A stretch of DNA of 64,000 nucleotides from Felis catus. Lineage: Eukaryota. Each line of letters opens with the position of its first letter. Within the stretch, counting starts at the first letter, position 1. The notes beneath the pieces are model-generated. The model was given only the letters and a program-made list of their open reading frames with translations, was not told where the DNA came from and searched no databases. Shown piece by piece: positions 1 to 13,238 of this stretch. The stretch lies in contig NC_058373.1 of assembly GCF_018350175.1 (NCBI RefSeq), forward strand, positions 107,758,001 through 107,822,000. The letters run 5' to 3'. A program made the translations under genes and the position numbers.

Positions 1-380
1 CTGTAATGTGAGTTGGTATCATCCAATCTCTTGACAGCCTGAATAGAACAAAAAAGCAGAGGAAGGTTGAATACACTGTCTGCCTGACCACTTGAGCTGG
101 GGTATCAATCTCTTCTGCCCTCCTGGTTCTTAGGCCTTCAAATTTGGACTCTCTGGGTTTCAGGGCTTTGAAGGACACCACTGGCTTTCTAGGTCTCTAG
201 CTTGCAGACAGCAGATTGTGGGACTTATCAGCCTCTGTAATCACATGAACCAATACCTCATGCTAAATTATCTATCTATCTATCTATCTATCTATATCTA
301 TCTATCATCTATCATCTATCATCTATCTATCTATCATCTATCCTAGTGGTTCAGTTTCTTTGGAGAATTTGACTAATAAA
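1..380 (+). mobile_element. MLT2-type (ERVL) LTR, 3' part
   Basis: Motifs atccaatc..cctgaatagaacaaaaa, cttgcagacagcagattgtgggactt and terminal ggagaa..gactaata typical of MLT2 LTRs. Confidence 0.8.
269..342. repeat. (TATC)n/(TCA) compound microsatellite inside the LTR
   Basis: Directly visible tatctatc... array. Confidence 0.95.
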
Positions 381-1089
381 ATAACTATTCCATATACATT
401 TGAAACCAATGTGTATTCTGCAGATGCTGGGTGAGATATTCGATAAATGTCAGATCAAGCTGGTTGGTAATATTTGAATCATTGTTTTGTTTAGTTCTTC
501 TATCAGTTACAGAGAGGGGAGTTAAGATCTTCAACTATGATGATGGATTTATGCATTTGTCCTATTCTCATTGTTGCTTCTCGTACTTGAAACTTTTTAG
601 TTACACAGACATTTAGAATTTTAAATCTTCATTATGAAATGATGATTTATAATTAAGAAATGTTACTCTTGACTTCAATTACCCTTGAATTCTCCTCCAC
701 TTGAAGTTTACTTTGCATGATGATATCAACACCAACTTTCTTAGGTATGCTTGGTCTATCTTTTCCTCTTCCTTTTACTTGCAACTTATTTGGGTCTTTA
801 ACATCTCGTGCAGATAACATATAGTTAAATCTTGCTTTTTGCTCATCTTTGCAATCTCTTCCTTTTCATTGAATAGTTCAGTTCACTTTTACTAAATATA
901 ATCATTGATATGGTTAGATTTAAGTTTGTTTTTTACTTGTCCTGGGTTTTTTTTTTTTTTTTTTTTGCTTATTTTCTCCTTTTTCTGTCTTTGTTTTGGT
1001 TAAGAAAATATTTTTAGAACTCAATTTAATTCTACTGTTCATTTTAAGTTATACATCTGTGCAGATTTGTTGTTATTGTTGTTTGAATT

Positions 1090-1290
1090 CTCTAACTAAA
1101 CTTTTTTCAGTTATGGAAGTATTCCATATATGCTTTTCCAATATGGGAGCCCTAGCTACATGTGATTATTAAGGCCTTGAAATGTGGCTAATATAACTGA
1201 GGAACCGGATTTTATGTTAAGTTTAATTTTAATTAATTTGAGTTTAAATTTAGTCACTTTTGGTCAGAGGATACTATATTGGACAGCACA
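1090..1290 (+). mobile_element. MER3-like hAT-Charlie MITE
   Basis: tccaatatgg..cttgaaatgtggcta..actgaggaac..AT-rich core..tattggacagcac. Confidence 0.75.
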
Positions 1291-1675
1291 TCCTTATCAG
1301 TCTACTTAGATTTATACTGTACAATTTCATGTACGCTATAAGAACCTTAGAACAGTATAATTTTATTAACTCTCCATCCTTTTTGTTATTGTTGCCATAT
1401 ATTTTATTTGTACATGAGTTAAAAGCCCCACAATATATTTGTCTTTAAATAGTCTTGTCTTTTAATTACAAGAAGGAAAAAAAAAGATAGTTTTTCATAC
1501 TTCCATATCTATTTGCCATTTCTGGTGCTCTTTTTCCTGTAATAGTGTATATTCTGGTGCTTCCTTCCTGTAGTTTAGGTTTCCCCTTGTATCATTTCCC
1601 ATCATCCTAAAAACTCTTCTATTAGAATTTTTTTAGTTTTCAGTGAAATTACTGCATTAATTTATCTGAAAATGT

Positions 1676-1905
1676 CTTTTTTGTTTTCATTAAAAAATGT
1701 TTATATATTTTGAGAGAGAGAGGGAGAATGTGTATCCACATGAGTAGGGGAGGGGCAGAGAGAGAGGGAGAGGGAGAATCCCAAGCAGGCTCCACACCAT
1801 CAGTGCAGAGCCCAATGTGGGGCTCAATCTCATGAACCATGAGATCATGCCCTGAGCCAAAATCAAGAGTCGGAAGCTTAACTGACTTAACCACCCAGAT
1901 GCCCC
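1676..1905 (-). mobile_element. Carnivore SINE (SINEC)
   Basis: GA tract, gagatcatg..ctgagcc, ccacccagatgcccc end. Confidence 0.93.
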
Positions 1906-3581
1906 TGTTCACACTTTTGAAAGATATTTTTACTGTATATAGAATTCTGGGTTGACCACTTCTTTCATCAGACTTTCCATTTCTTTTGGTCTTCCTTGTT
2001 TCTGATAGAGAAGTCAACTGTCACTTCTAGCATTGTCCCCTGCATGTAATTGACTTTTTTCTGTTTTCAACATTTACTCTTTACTTTGTTGTCAGCCTTT
2101 TGACTATGATATACCTAGGTGTGATTTTTTTAAAAAAATTTATTCTGCCTAGAGTTTGTTGATTCTTTAGTCAATAGGCTGATGTTTTCCACCAAAATAG
2201 AGGAATTTTCAGCCATTGTTTCTTCAAATTCTATTCTACCCCAATCTTTCTTTCCTCTCTCCCAACTAGGACTCCAAATATATATATATATGTAATTTCA
2301 GAAGTTTACTTTCTATTTTTAATATATTCATTTGGTTTATTTCTTTGCTTCTACTCCCCATCTGTTTACTCAATATATTCTTCTTTTCCTGTGCATCCTT
2401 AAATATCTTTATATGAGCCATTTTAAGAACATCTGTTAATTCCAATATTTGGGACATTTGGGATTCTGCTTCTATTGACTGCTTCTTTTCTTGGTTATGG
2501 TTCCCATTTCCTGCTTCTTCATATGCCCAATATTTTAAAAATTATTTTTGAATGTTGTTATCAGGAGTTAGAGAGAGTCTGGATTATTTTATTTTCCTTC
2601 AACAAGTGTTGAGCTTTCTTCTCTAAAGCTGTTAAATTACTGGCAAGTCCTCTTGATCTTGTTAGGCTTTGTTTTATTGTTTGTTTAGGGCAGTTCTATA
2701 TTGATTTTGTCCTAAGTCTTGGGGAATGGCCCTTTTTCTGGAACATGGTACTTACTCCTGAGGTGTGGCCTCTTTGGAGTTTCAGTTGAATACGGGAAGT
2801 GCTTAGTAAGGTCTCTCCACTTAGGCTGGGCCAATATTCTCATGTTTCCTGCACTGCTTAGTCTGTGATGTCTTGGCCCAGCTCTCTTACTTGCAGCATC
2901 CATTCTCTGCTAGGCCTCATGAAGTCTCATCCTGCACTTGGCTGCAGGGGCACACTCATGAAGTCCATTGCCCTCTTCCTCTGCACAGTTCATTTCTCTA
3001 TAATATCCTGCTTTAAAAATTCCAGGGACCACAGCCATTCTATGTGTACTTCTTCAGCTCAGCAAGACTTCCATATTCCCTTGGATTCCACTTCCTTTTA
3101 GTCCAGTTGGTGTCTCTAGGCAGAAAGTTGAAGAAGACGTAGGGCTCTCTTTGTGTTCCTCTCCTCTTAAGGATCACAATCCTGCATGTTTATTGTCAAA
3201 TGCCTGGAATTGGTTACCTTAGAAATTTATAACTGTTTTCAGCGGGAGGGCAAGTTTAGTACCTGTCACTGTATATTACCAAAAGTGGACGTCCTTCTAT
3301 GTATGTTTTGGTGCACTATGTACCCCTTAATAAAGTGCTAAAACAAAAAATCACTTTTCTTTTTTTATTTAAAGATCCTTGCATCATTTCTGTGTCAGAG
3401 CACTGTTCTTGATGATTATATGTATTTTACTCTAACCACAATAATCTTGTCTGTTGAAGTCATTTAAATTATTATAATTAACATTTCTAAATCACAATGA
3501 TTAATAAGTAGCATTACTCATTACACTGTTTGTCAAAGATTGAAAAGACATTTTTCAAGAGTTTGAAACAAAATTTGGGTA

Positions 3582-3702
3582 GGGGCACCTGGTGGCTTGG
3601 TCAGTTGAGCATCCAACTCTTGATTTCCATTCAGGTCATGATCCCAGGGTCATGGGATTGAGCCCTGCATTGGGCACACTCAGTGTGGAGCCTGCTTAAG
3701 AG

Positions 3703-3733
<31 letters not shown>

Positions 3734-3786
3734 GCCCCTCTCCCCCATTTGCACTCTATCTCTAAAATTAAAAAAAAAAATTAAAT
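3582..3786 (+). mobile_element. Carnivore SINE (SINEC)
   Basis: ggggcacctgg head, (CT)n tract, A tail. Confidence 0.93.
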
Positions 3787-6109
3787 GGGGTAGAACAAAG
3801 TATACCCTAATATCCTTCTATTTTAAAAAGTGGGATGCAATAAAATTATAAGACAATAAAATGATCCATATAAACTCTGTTGTTCACTCGTAGAAAATGT
3901 TTATAATTTTCTTAAAAACTCCAAAATAACTTTTTCACTGGCTATAATTTAACTGGCATATCACAGGAAAATGCCAAAAACAAATTTGCCTGACACTGTA
4001 TTGCTAAGAAAACTGATATAAATCCTTGACTGTACCATAATTTATGTTTTACTTTATTGTTGAACAAAACATATCAAAGCAATATAAATGGTACTGCTGT
4101 TTATATAAATCCATTAGAGATAAGGCCTGTTGAGTCTGTAATTTACTTGAGACTAGAACCTGTTCTGGGGAGCTCTGGTCCCATATTCTGAAGACCCAGG
4201 GAATTGTAATAAACTATCTGGAAAATGCCCTATTTCTGGTTCTGACTCCTCATCTGTAAAATAAAGTTTTGGTCTAGAGTTGTCTAGCATGCCTTCCAGA
4301 TCAAAGGATCCATTCTTTCTATGTTCTTATTTTTACTTTCTGACCCATCTTCTTGTTACAGTGCTGTATTTTTGTCTTTAATCTTAAAACATTCTTTCCA
4401 TACATTTTCATTTCAAAGTAATGATGGCCATATTTCAGGGTGGTTATAACAATCATCGGATAATTATAAATGGGAAGAAAAAACAAACATGTGGCTAAGT
4501 GCCAGATGATTTTAAAACTTAAAAACTGTAACAATTACCCCGTAAATATAATGCACCGAACCTCTGATTGCTATTGCAAAAATGGGCCCAAATTAAGAGA
4601 AATAACTTAGCATTTACATGGAAACATAGACTCTGGAATGATATCACTGCCTGCCATCAGCAATCTTAAACCGAGTCCAAGTTTTTAAAGTCATTTCCTA
4701 ACTAATGTTAACAAGCACAGGTGTTTCCTGATTTCAGTTGTTCAGACTCTTAGAAAAAATGAGTAACTCAGGGAAATGTGTAAAATTCCTTTGTTGGCTT
4801 CCTTTCTCCCGTATCAAGCCTAAGTTTCATCCGAGTCCTATATGTGGTTTTTGTATTTCCAAACCCACTGAGCCCATAAGCTTATTCTCTCCCTTTCTAT
4901 TTGTTATACTCAACCGGATCTCTCTTTTGTTTTCTTGCTATTGGTGTTATTTTTTCAAGTTTTCTGTCATCTTTAGAATCTCAATTTGAGTGATTCTATT
5001 TGAAGGGAATGTGTCAAATATCTGCGTCTGATTGGAAGAGTCTTTGTGTGTGTGTGTGGGGGGGTGGGCAGGGTGGAGCCCCTGCATGATCTTGAGCACC
5101 AGTGTCTCACTTCCTGCTGCCCCCTACAGGGGCAGAGTGTGAGGCAGCCAGAATGAGGTGGGGGGAGGGGAGAGTGAACAGCCATGTGGGACAGAACTGA
5201 TAACATTTATGTAACGTTGTAGGACTTTGCAGTGTGCTTTAAAGTTGGTTTCTCATTTACTTGTGTACGCTGTGTGACTTGTCTGGGCTCATCTAATAGT
5301 TTTGGAAGTTGAAGACCTGTCTTTGAGTGTTATTGTCTCTCATGCATAGGATTCTTAAACCTGAGTGCAGAACTAGCTGGGCTTGTTAAACTTTGTCAAA
5401 AGGGGCCAATAGGGGGTCTTCCGACTCCGACTCCACCCAAGAGCTCATGACCAGATTGCCTGGATTGCCTGGTACACTAGTTGGCTTCTAGAGTTAAAAT
5501 TATGTGACCACACAGTGGGACTTTATGAAATTGGGATTAAAAATAAATGGTACCTCGATTTACTACCAAGTGTTTGCCTGATTTGATCTTCTAGTATCTA
5601 GAGTAAACATTTCCCAGCTTTCTGTGTGCAAAACAAATGCCTGGATTCAGAGTCCTAAAAAGGGAGAAAGGGAAAGAATTTGAAGGATTTTAATGTAGGA
5701 ATATGTCTTGACGAGTTATGTAGAAAGTTAAATTTTTGTCCTTGTACGAGAAAGATGACTGGGGCTGATGTGAAGATTTTATACTTCATCATCAAGATTT
5801 CAAGGACAAAAGGACTTTTTTTTAGGGCTCCTTATTATGAACTATAAACTCTTAGGAACAGGGGCCAAACTGCTTTTTCATTTCCAAGAACCAGAAAACG
5901 TTCAAATTTCGGCAGAAAGATGACAGGAAATGATTACAGTTTTCAAATGGTTGAAGTCAACCTTATCTGTGATTGGGTGTGTAGTTTTTTAATATTAGCT
6001 AAGAATCTTTTATTAAGTTGCTAAACTTTTCATTACAGAAAAATCACAATGAATGAATGTATTCATTTCAATAAATGAAAAGAAGAAAAAACCACCGATA
6101 ATAATAAAC

Positions 6110-6330
6110 ATTTGTAAAGTTGCTTGCTTTGTGCCAGGTGCTGTTCCAAGTGCCTTACAAATAATAACTTCTATAAAACTCACAGTGACCCTCTTTACAG
6201 ATGGGAAAACTGAGGCACAATAATGTAGGTAGAGCCCAAAGTCTCACAGCTAAAGGAGATCGAATTTCGGTGATGGCAGGGAGGATTCAGGTGGAGGCAG
6301 TCTGGCTCCAGAACACCATTTCCAACCTCT
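6110..6330 (-). mobile_element. MIR
   Basis: Core tttacagatgggaaaactgaggcac. Confidence 0.75.
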
Positions 6331-7483
6331 CCACTAGCCAGACTCTGTGTTATTATCTACGACCAGGGATAACCACCATTCACATTTCAGGGTATCTTGT
6401 TCCAAATTTACACCCACACAACATACACCAAATAGGATCTTGCTAAGTTACAGTTTGATAGCTTGCTTTCTTCACTAACAATGTGTTGTGAAAATCGATA
6501 ATGCCCACTGTAGTAAATAGTCATGGCTACATTCTGGTAAAATAGTCTGTTTAAAGAAAGGCTCCCCCTCCCCTCCCCCCACCCTGTGCACAGCTCTGAA
6601 AAAACATAACCAAGATGGCCCGATTGACCTTCCTATTATTTCATTTAAATTGATGAAATCCATTTTGTATATTAAATGTTATCACTAGGAAACTATGCAA
6701 TTCCTAGGCTGAAAGAATGTGTAGAGGGTTTTACAAATGACCTAAAGTCAATTCCAGAAGACTTAGGAAAATCTGCGTATGAAGCCCAATGACCAGAATG
6801 GATTTACTGATTAGATGGTCACTGAGGAACCAGAGGATGCCATCGACAGCATGGAGAAAACCCAGTGAAGGGTAAGAGAAAGATGCTATTAGAGCAAGAG
6901 TAGCATTTTCCTTTCACAGGTTTCTTACACAAACCATAAAATCTAATAACTCAGTCACTACTTGTAGTTAATAACCACTTGGCTTATGAATGGACTAGAA
7001 CTAAATGAGAAAAGTTAATGAAACACACTATTAGCTATATTAAGAATGGGTTTGAGAGCAAGTCATTACCATTGTAAACCATACCCACTTGCTTCTATCA
7101 CTGGTGCTTTTTAAAAATATTAAAACAAGAAGAAAAATATTAAAAATGAAGAGTTTTAGTAAGTTCTGCATTCAGAATTAAGGAATTTTAAACTAGTTTG
7201 AAAAGATACTTTTGCCTTATTTAGTGACATGTTACTTGAGGTTGTTACTACAGAAGTGGATACAAAGAAATGCTTGAGGTGACTGTCATTAGTCCTGGAT
7301 TCTATAAACTATCTCTTATTGTCTATGAGGTGTGTCTTTTTTTTTTTAATCCACAAACTTATAATTCAGGCTGAGGACATTTATGAACCTGCTTCTTGAT
7401 AGAATGACTATAAGGTTGTCCAGGGTTCCACACTACTACTAAGAAATGTACTTAGGTGATGTAAAAGATTTTAAATGAAAGTA

Positions 7484-8221
7484 CAATGAAACCTTGGATT
7501 GCAAGAAACCTGTTCCGCCAGTATTCTGCAGGAAGAGCAAACATTTCTAATAAATTTTAACTTGATAAACTAGTGATGTCTTGCAATACAAGTAGTACGT
7601 GATGCCAGATGTCACATGATCACAACTGAGCCAATGATTCTTCTCTCTCTCTCTTGCTGAGGGATGGTGGGTGATTGTCTTCCATGCTTGATGCTCGGTC
7701 TCAGGCTCTGGTGTTTGGCAGAAATCAGTGAGTTTTAAGAACCTTGGAAGGTGCCCACAACTGGCACTGGTATATTTTTTGTCACTTCGAAACACCTATG
7801 GACAGTCCTTTGCTTTTCCATACAAGAGTAAGCTTAGGAATGCTTTGCTTCATTCTAGGTCATTGGAAATGTTCCTTGTTAAAGTTGCACGAAAAGAAAG
7901 ATTCCATTGAGCCAATAGATAGCAGTGATTCTGTTAGTGATAGTGAAAGTCGTCCTACACAATAACCTTCCTCTCACACCAGCCACGAAGGTTTCCAAAG
8001 GTTAGTGCAGGTTAATTTGTTTCTTTTTCTTTATATTTTGTATTTTATTTATTATTTTGTATTAAATTACAGTATTGTAATCATTTTTATGTGAATATTT
8101 TAGGATTGTGGAACGAATCATCTGAATTTCCATTATTTCTTATGGGGAAATTTGCTTGCGCTTTGGATTACAAGCATGTTTCTGGAACGAATTATGCTCA
8201 CAAACCAAGGTTTTACTACTG
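7484..8221 (+). mobile_element. Non-autonomous TcMar-Tigger-type DNA transposon (internal deletion derivative)
   Basis: TA-preceded inverted termini CAATGAAACCTTGGATTGC ... CAAACCAAGGTTTTACT; internal acidic ORF remnant (~7860-7965). Confidence 0.75.
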
Positions 8222-9169
8222 TGTTCTAATATGGGTAGATTTCAGTAGGTGTGCTATGTCAAAAAAGAAAACAGTCATGGGAGAGATTTGTGTTTGTTCT
8301 CTTTACATGCATACAATATTTAACTTCATTCAATTTTCCTGTTAGAAAACAATGGCAGAAATGTTTTATGGAGTCATCTCTCTTGATCACAAGGCTCTGT
8401 CTAGGCAGTTGTCAGTAGAAAGTGTTATCAACTTGACTGCTTTTTATGAGGGTATTGCTTTTACATTGGCTTGTCTGTGCTGACCTCAATCCCTGGACTC
8501 TGTCTTACTTAAGTGGGCTTTTGAGGCAAATAATAATTTAAGGCTCTTCTTTTGAGGAAGGGTGAGAAGCTCTGCCCATCCACTCTGTCTGCCCTTTTAG
8601 GACTTCTCCCCTTCAGACTTCCTTTCCCTCAATTCCTCTTTCATTGTAAGCTGCTGATCCATTGACACACTAATTGGGGCATCAGGAGCCTTTGGCTCAC
8701 TTATCCCACACCCCTTCTACCTCCTGATTTTGCTTCTGTTTCTTCCTGTAGGTCATTGAAGATCTTCCCTTAATCCTGGTGTTCAGAAACCTCACAATGA
8801 TGTGTTAGGTGTAGGCCTTCTTTTAACTCATTCTGCCTAATATATTGTGTCCTTTTCAGTAGGAGACTAGTGTCCTTCTTCCATTCTGAGAAATGTTCCC
8901 ATCTTTGTGACATATCTTACCTTTTTCTGTTCTTTTTAGAACACCTTTGAGTAGGACAGGGTGGCCCCACTATTTATATGTACCTTTGCATATTTAGAAA
9001 TGGATAAGGAACAATACTGCTCTCTTGCCCTGCATACCACTTTCTCCTGCCCACTGAGAATCTCGATCTTCCCCCTTGTTTCTCAGGGTACCATGGTAGT
9101 TTTCAATCCTACTTTTCATTACAACCCCTCTGGGATGGGGCTTAGGCACGCCTTTAAAGAAATGGGTCA

Positions 9170-9345
9170 GATGTCAGGTCTACCATGTATGAACTATGTT
9201 CCAATTCATTTAACCTTTCTGGCTCTCAGTTTCCTTATCTGTAAAATAGAGATAATAGCACTTACTTCATATGGTTGTCAGGAGGATCATATGAAATAAT
9301 GCTTGTCAAGTGGCTTGTTACAAGCTGGTGGATGCTCAATAAAGA
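9170..9345 (+). mobile_element. MIR
   Basis: ctcagtttccttatctgtaaaatagagataatag core. Confidence 0.8.
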
Positions 9346-9825
9346 CAGTATGACAGACAAAGTAACAGTTGAAATGTAGCACGTGCTTGGCAATGTATCA
9401 AATCCTTCAAGTGAATCACTCTATCTTCAGAGCCTGTTTAGACAAGTATGTTTATTATTCGTTTGTGAGTCCACCAGGTAAGAACTGTTTTGATTTATTT
9501 GTGTTGCATTCTTTACCTTGTGGTATACATATTTTATGTACTTCGTAGCACATTTATGCTTCTTACTCTACATTTTAAAATGTTATTTACTATTTTTCAA
9601 TGTTGTTTATCATGTGTCATGTTAATAACTATTCCATTAGGTTGCTTTCTGTAATTGACTTAGTCATTCTACTAGTGTTGGACCTCCCTAGGCAAAGAAC
9701 AGGTTTCTTCGAAGTTTTTGATGTGTCCTGTCAAACTGCCCTTCAAAGGTTGTGCCGTTTTGGAGTAACATGGGATAGTTTTTGACGTAGCTGTTTTAAT
9801 CTCTAAATTCTCTAATTCTAATTCT

Positions 9826-9993
9826 GCTCATGCATACATGAGCAGGGGAGAGGCAGAGGGAAAGAGAGAGTCCCAAGCAGGTTTCACACTCAGTGCATAG
9901 CCCCATGTGGGGCTTGATACCATGACCACGAGATCATGACTTGAGCCCAAATCAAGAATCAGACACTTAACCTACTGAACCTCCCAGGCACCC
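9826..9993 (-). mobile_element. SINEC (tail lost)
   Basis: SINEC body ending ccaggcaccc. Confidence 0.88.
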
Positions 9994-10004
9994 TCTTATT
10001 CTAT

Positions 10005-10229
10005 TTATTATTATTATCATTATTTTTTTAATGTTTATTTTTGAGAGAGAGAGAGAGAACAGTGGGGGAGGGACAGAGAAAGAGAGAGAGGGAGACAGAA
10101 TCTGAAGTAGGCTCCAGGCTCTGGGCTGTCAGCACAGAGCCTGATGCAGGGCTCCAACACCAACAAACTGTGAGATCATGACCTGAGCCGAAATCGGACG
10201 CTTAACCAACTGAACCACTCAGGCGCCCC
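10005..10229 (-). mobile_element. SINEC (feliform type)
   Basis: ggctccaggctctgggctgtcagcacagagcc; ends caggcgcccc. Confidence 0.93.
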
Positions 10230-10514
10230 TCTCTAATTCTACTTTAAAGTGGAATGGAGGTTGTGTGAAGTGTTCCTTAAGAAATTAGAAAAATGGCAGT
10301 AATTCAGTCAATCAAGCAATTAACCAAAAAGCATTTAGATATTGTATTAGGAATTGTATAGAAGTCCAAAGTTAAGAGTGTGACTAAGAAATTGTAATAG
10401 TGATAAAGAAAAAAACCCCAAAGAAACCTCTAGTCTGTAACAGGACCTATAATACTGAGTTTCAAGTAGTCAGTACAATTATGCAAATTATTACATTGTG
10501 TTACAAGCTGCTAG

Positions 10515-10516
<2 letters not shown>

Positions 10517-10553
<37 letters not shown>
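10517..10553. repeat. (GT)n microsatellite
   Basis: Visible. Confidence 0.97.
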
Positions 10554-10554
<1 letters not shown>

Positions 10555-11519
10555 ATAAATAGAGAGGGGACTTCTTGTCCCTTGCCTTCCTTGAAAGTCA
10601 GGACCAGCTCTGGATAAAAGCTGTTACACAGGTGAGGTTTATACTGGCAGACAGCCCCTTCCCACAGGGACTTTGCACCGTGTGCTGTGTACTACCTGTG
10701 GAGTGTCTCCCCCAGGAGCCACCAAAGGACACATGACATAGGCTGGGGACATTCAGAGTCTTCCCCAGATTGATTTAAGGAGGTGGACAGAGAAAAATCC
10801 TCTTTCCACTGGGGCCGTGAAGCTGGAAATCTGGGCAGCAGGGGCTCCTGGTGGCCATTTCTCCTGACTGCAGAGAGGCAATTTTGGACAGCAGGCTGAA
10901 AGCCACAAACATAGATGTTTGTTTCTAAACTAATTCCCACTTCTTCCCCCGTGTCTCAGATGGCATTCTGTCCTGCAGTCTCCGAAAGGCACAGTCTCTC
11001 TCCTCTCTTGTGTTGCCCCCCCCCACTAACAACCCCTCTGCCCAGCCGTCCTGTCTGTCTTCCTCCTCAGCTCTCACTCTCGTCCTCATTCCAGCCAAAC
11101 CTTTTGAAAGAGTGTCTACACTCATTCTCTCCACTTCCTTATTTTTCGCCTCAAGCTACTCCAAATGGGCTTCAGCCCCCATCCCTCTACAGAAACAGCT
11201 CAAAGATTACTGAGGATGTCCATTGCCATCTCTACGTGGCCACTTTTCGTCCTTGTTTACTTAATCTCTTGGTGTCATTCGGCCTAGCCCACCAATTCTT
11301 TCTTGAAAACCCTTTGATTGTTTTTCACGATACCTGGATATTACATCGTCCTGGTTTTTCTCTTATGTCCCTGCTGCTGCTCTGAACCCCCTTGTCTGCC
11401 TCTCCTCCATCTATATACGTTGGAGTTTCTGGAGGGCTCTATTGTAGGTCCCTTTCTTTCCTCATACTACACTCTACTCCCATCTTTTCACCATAGATGT
11501 TATCCACAATTCTGGCTTT

Positions 11520-11790
11520 TTTTTTTTTTTAATTTTTTTTAAGTTTATTTATTTTTGAGACAGAGAGAGAGCATGAACAGGGGAGGAGCAGAGAGAGAGG
11601 GAGACACAGAATCTGAAACAGGCTCCAGGACAGGGGAGGAGCAGAGAGAGAGGGAGACACAGAATCTAAAACAGGCTCCAGGCTCTGAGCTGTCAGCACA
11701 GAGCCCGACACGGGGCTTGAACTCACGGACCATGAGATCATGACCTGAGCCGAAGTCAGACGCTTAACCGACCAAGCCGCCCAGGTGCCC
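11520..11790 (-). mobile_element. SINEC_Fc-type with 53-bp internal tandem duplication and 16-bp TSD
   Basis: TSD CCACAATTCTGGCTTT at 11504-11519 and 11791-11806. Confidence 0.96.
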
Positions 11791-12244
11791 CCACAATTCT
11801 GGCTTTGATTGCAGATCTACATACCAAGGGCTGCTCACTTTAGGTCTTTAGCTCAGACTGCATCTCTGAGCTTCACAAGCACGCAGCTGAGTGCCCACTT
11901 CGGATTTCAACTCAAATGTATCGGGATGTATCAAACCTGTCATGTTTCAAATTGAACTGTCTCTCTCCACAAATGTGCTCTTTCTCTGGTGTTTCCTGAT
12001 CACCAATGGCTCCCCGGTCTGTACGGACACCTTCCTCTTCCTCATTCCCTCCCTTCGGTCCGTCACCAAGGCATGGCCATTTCACCTCTCAAACACCCCT
12101 CACATCCATCTCCACCTCCGTCACCACCACTCAAGTCCCAGTCACCATCTTCTCTCCTCTGGACTTGGGCTTCAGCTTCCTAACTGGTCTCCCCACACCC
12201 ATGCTTGCTCCTTCCAAGCCACTCTTCACACAGCCCTAGAAAGA

Positions 12245-12357
12245 TTTTTTTTTAAGTTTGTTTGTTTGTTTGTTTAGGCAATTGTTACACCCAAGCGGGG
12301 CTTGAACTCATGACTAAGAGTCCCATGCTCTCCTGACTGAGCCAGCCAGGTGCCCCC
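12245..12357 (-). mobile_element. Short SINEC variant lacking the CT/GA tract
   Basis: (TTTG)n tail, ggggcttgaactcatgac, gactgagccagccaggtgcccc. Confidence 0.8.
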
Positions 12358-12992
12358 TGACCCCCAAGCGATATTAAAATACAAATCTCATCCTGTCCCT
12401 GGCCCTGCTTAAAAACCTTAAAAGACTCTTATAAAGAGTCTTCCAGCTGCCTACAGACCGTGTCCAAAGACTTTCCCAGGATTTACCAATCTGGTCCATC
12501 TTGGACCCTGACCTACCTTTTCAGGTGAATTTCAGTCACTTTCCCCTCACCTTTTTTTGGCTTCAGCCACACAGAGCCCTCCCTGTTCCTGAAGGAGGCC
12601 AAGCTCTCCTTTTTCTTGGGCACCCTGAACAAACTGATGCTTCTGCTAGGTACTTGTTCAGGGGACCCTTTCCTGACCACCCCCCTCCAGGTTCCATTGT
12701 CCTATTGCACCTGACGTGCTTCCTTCACGGCACACCCTGCATGTGTGATCTATTTCATGCTTCTCCAGGCCATGGGACTATAAGTCCCAGGAGAGCAGGC
12801 ACCAGGGCTGTCCTGCTGATAGCTCTGTCACCCCTGCCCCTCCCCCCGTGCCTGGTGCTGATGGGGCAAAGATGGAGCATCTAGTGTCCCTCACATCCCA
12901 ACCCCAGGGTAGATGTGCAGCTGCCCACTATTTGGGGACTGTCTTTTTTTAGTGCCAAAAGCCAACAGCAGCAAATCTTTCAGTCGTTCTTC

Positions 12993-13238
12993 TTCTTTTT
13001 TTTTTTTTTTTTTTTTGTTTCAGTTTATTTATTTGTTTTGAGAGACAGCAGGAGCGAGCAGGGGAGGGGCACAGAGAGAGGGAAGGAGAGAATCCCAAGC
13101 AGGCTCCAGGCTGTCAGTGCAGAGCCCCACCTGGGGTGGAGGTGGGGTGCTTGGGCCCCATCTCCCCAAGCCTGAGATCACGACCTGAGTGGAAATCAAG
13201 AGTCCCATGCTCAACCGCCTGAGCCACCCAGGCACCCC
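12993..13238 (-). mobile_element. SINEC with TSD
   Basis: TSD TCTTTCAGT(C/G)GTTCTT at 12977-12992 and 13239-13254. Confidence 0.93.

Larger units (their letters stand above)
400..3300 (-). mobile_element. Old, degraded L1 (L1M-type) ORF1/5' ORF2 region, interrupted by MER3 and a SINE
   Basis: T-rich strand with L1-antisense-like phrases (e.g. tatagaattctgggttgac, tcagccattgtttcttcaaat); no intact ORF. Confidence 0.65.
11080..12860 (+). mobile_element. L2 fragments (3' ORF/UTR) interrupted by SINEs
   Basis: C/T-rich L2-like phrases (ccaagtcccagtcaccatcttctctcctctggac, cttcctaactggtctccc, aaatacaaatctcatcctgtc). Confidence 0.65.
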
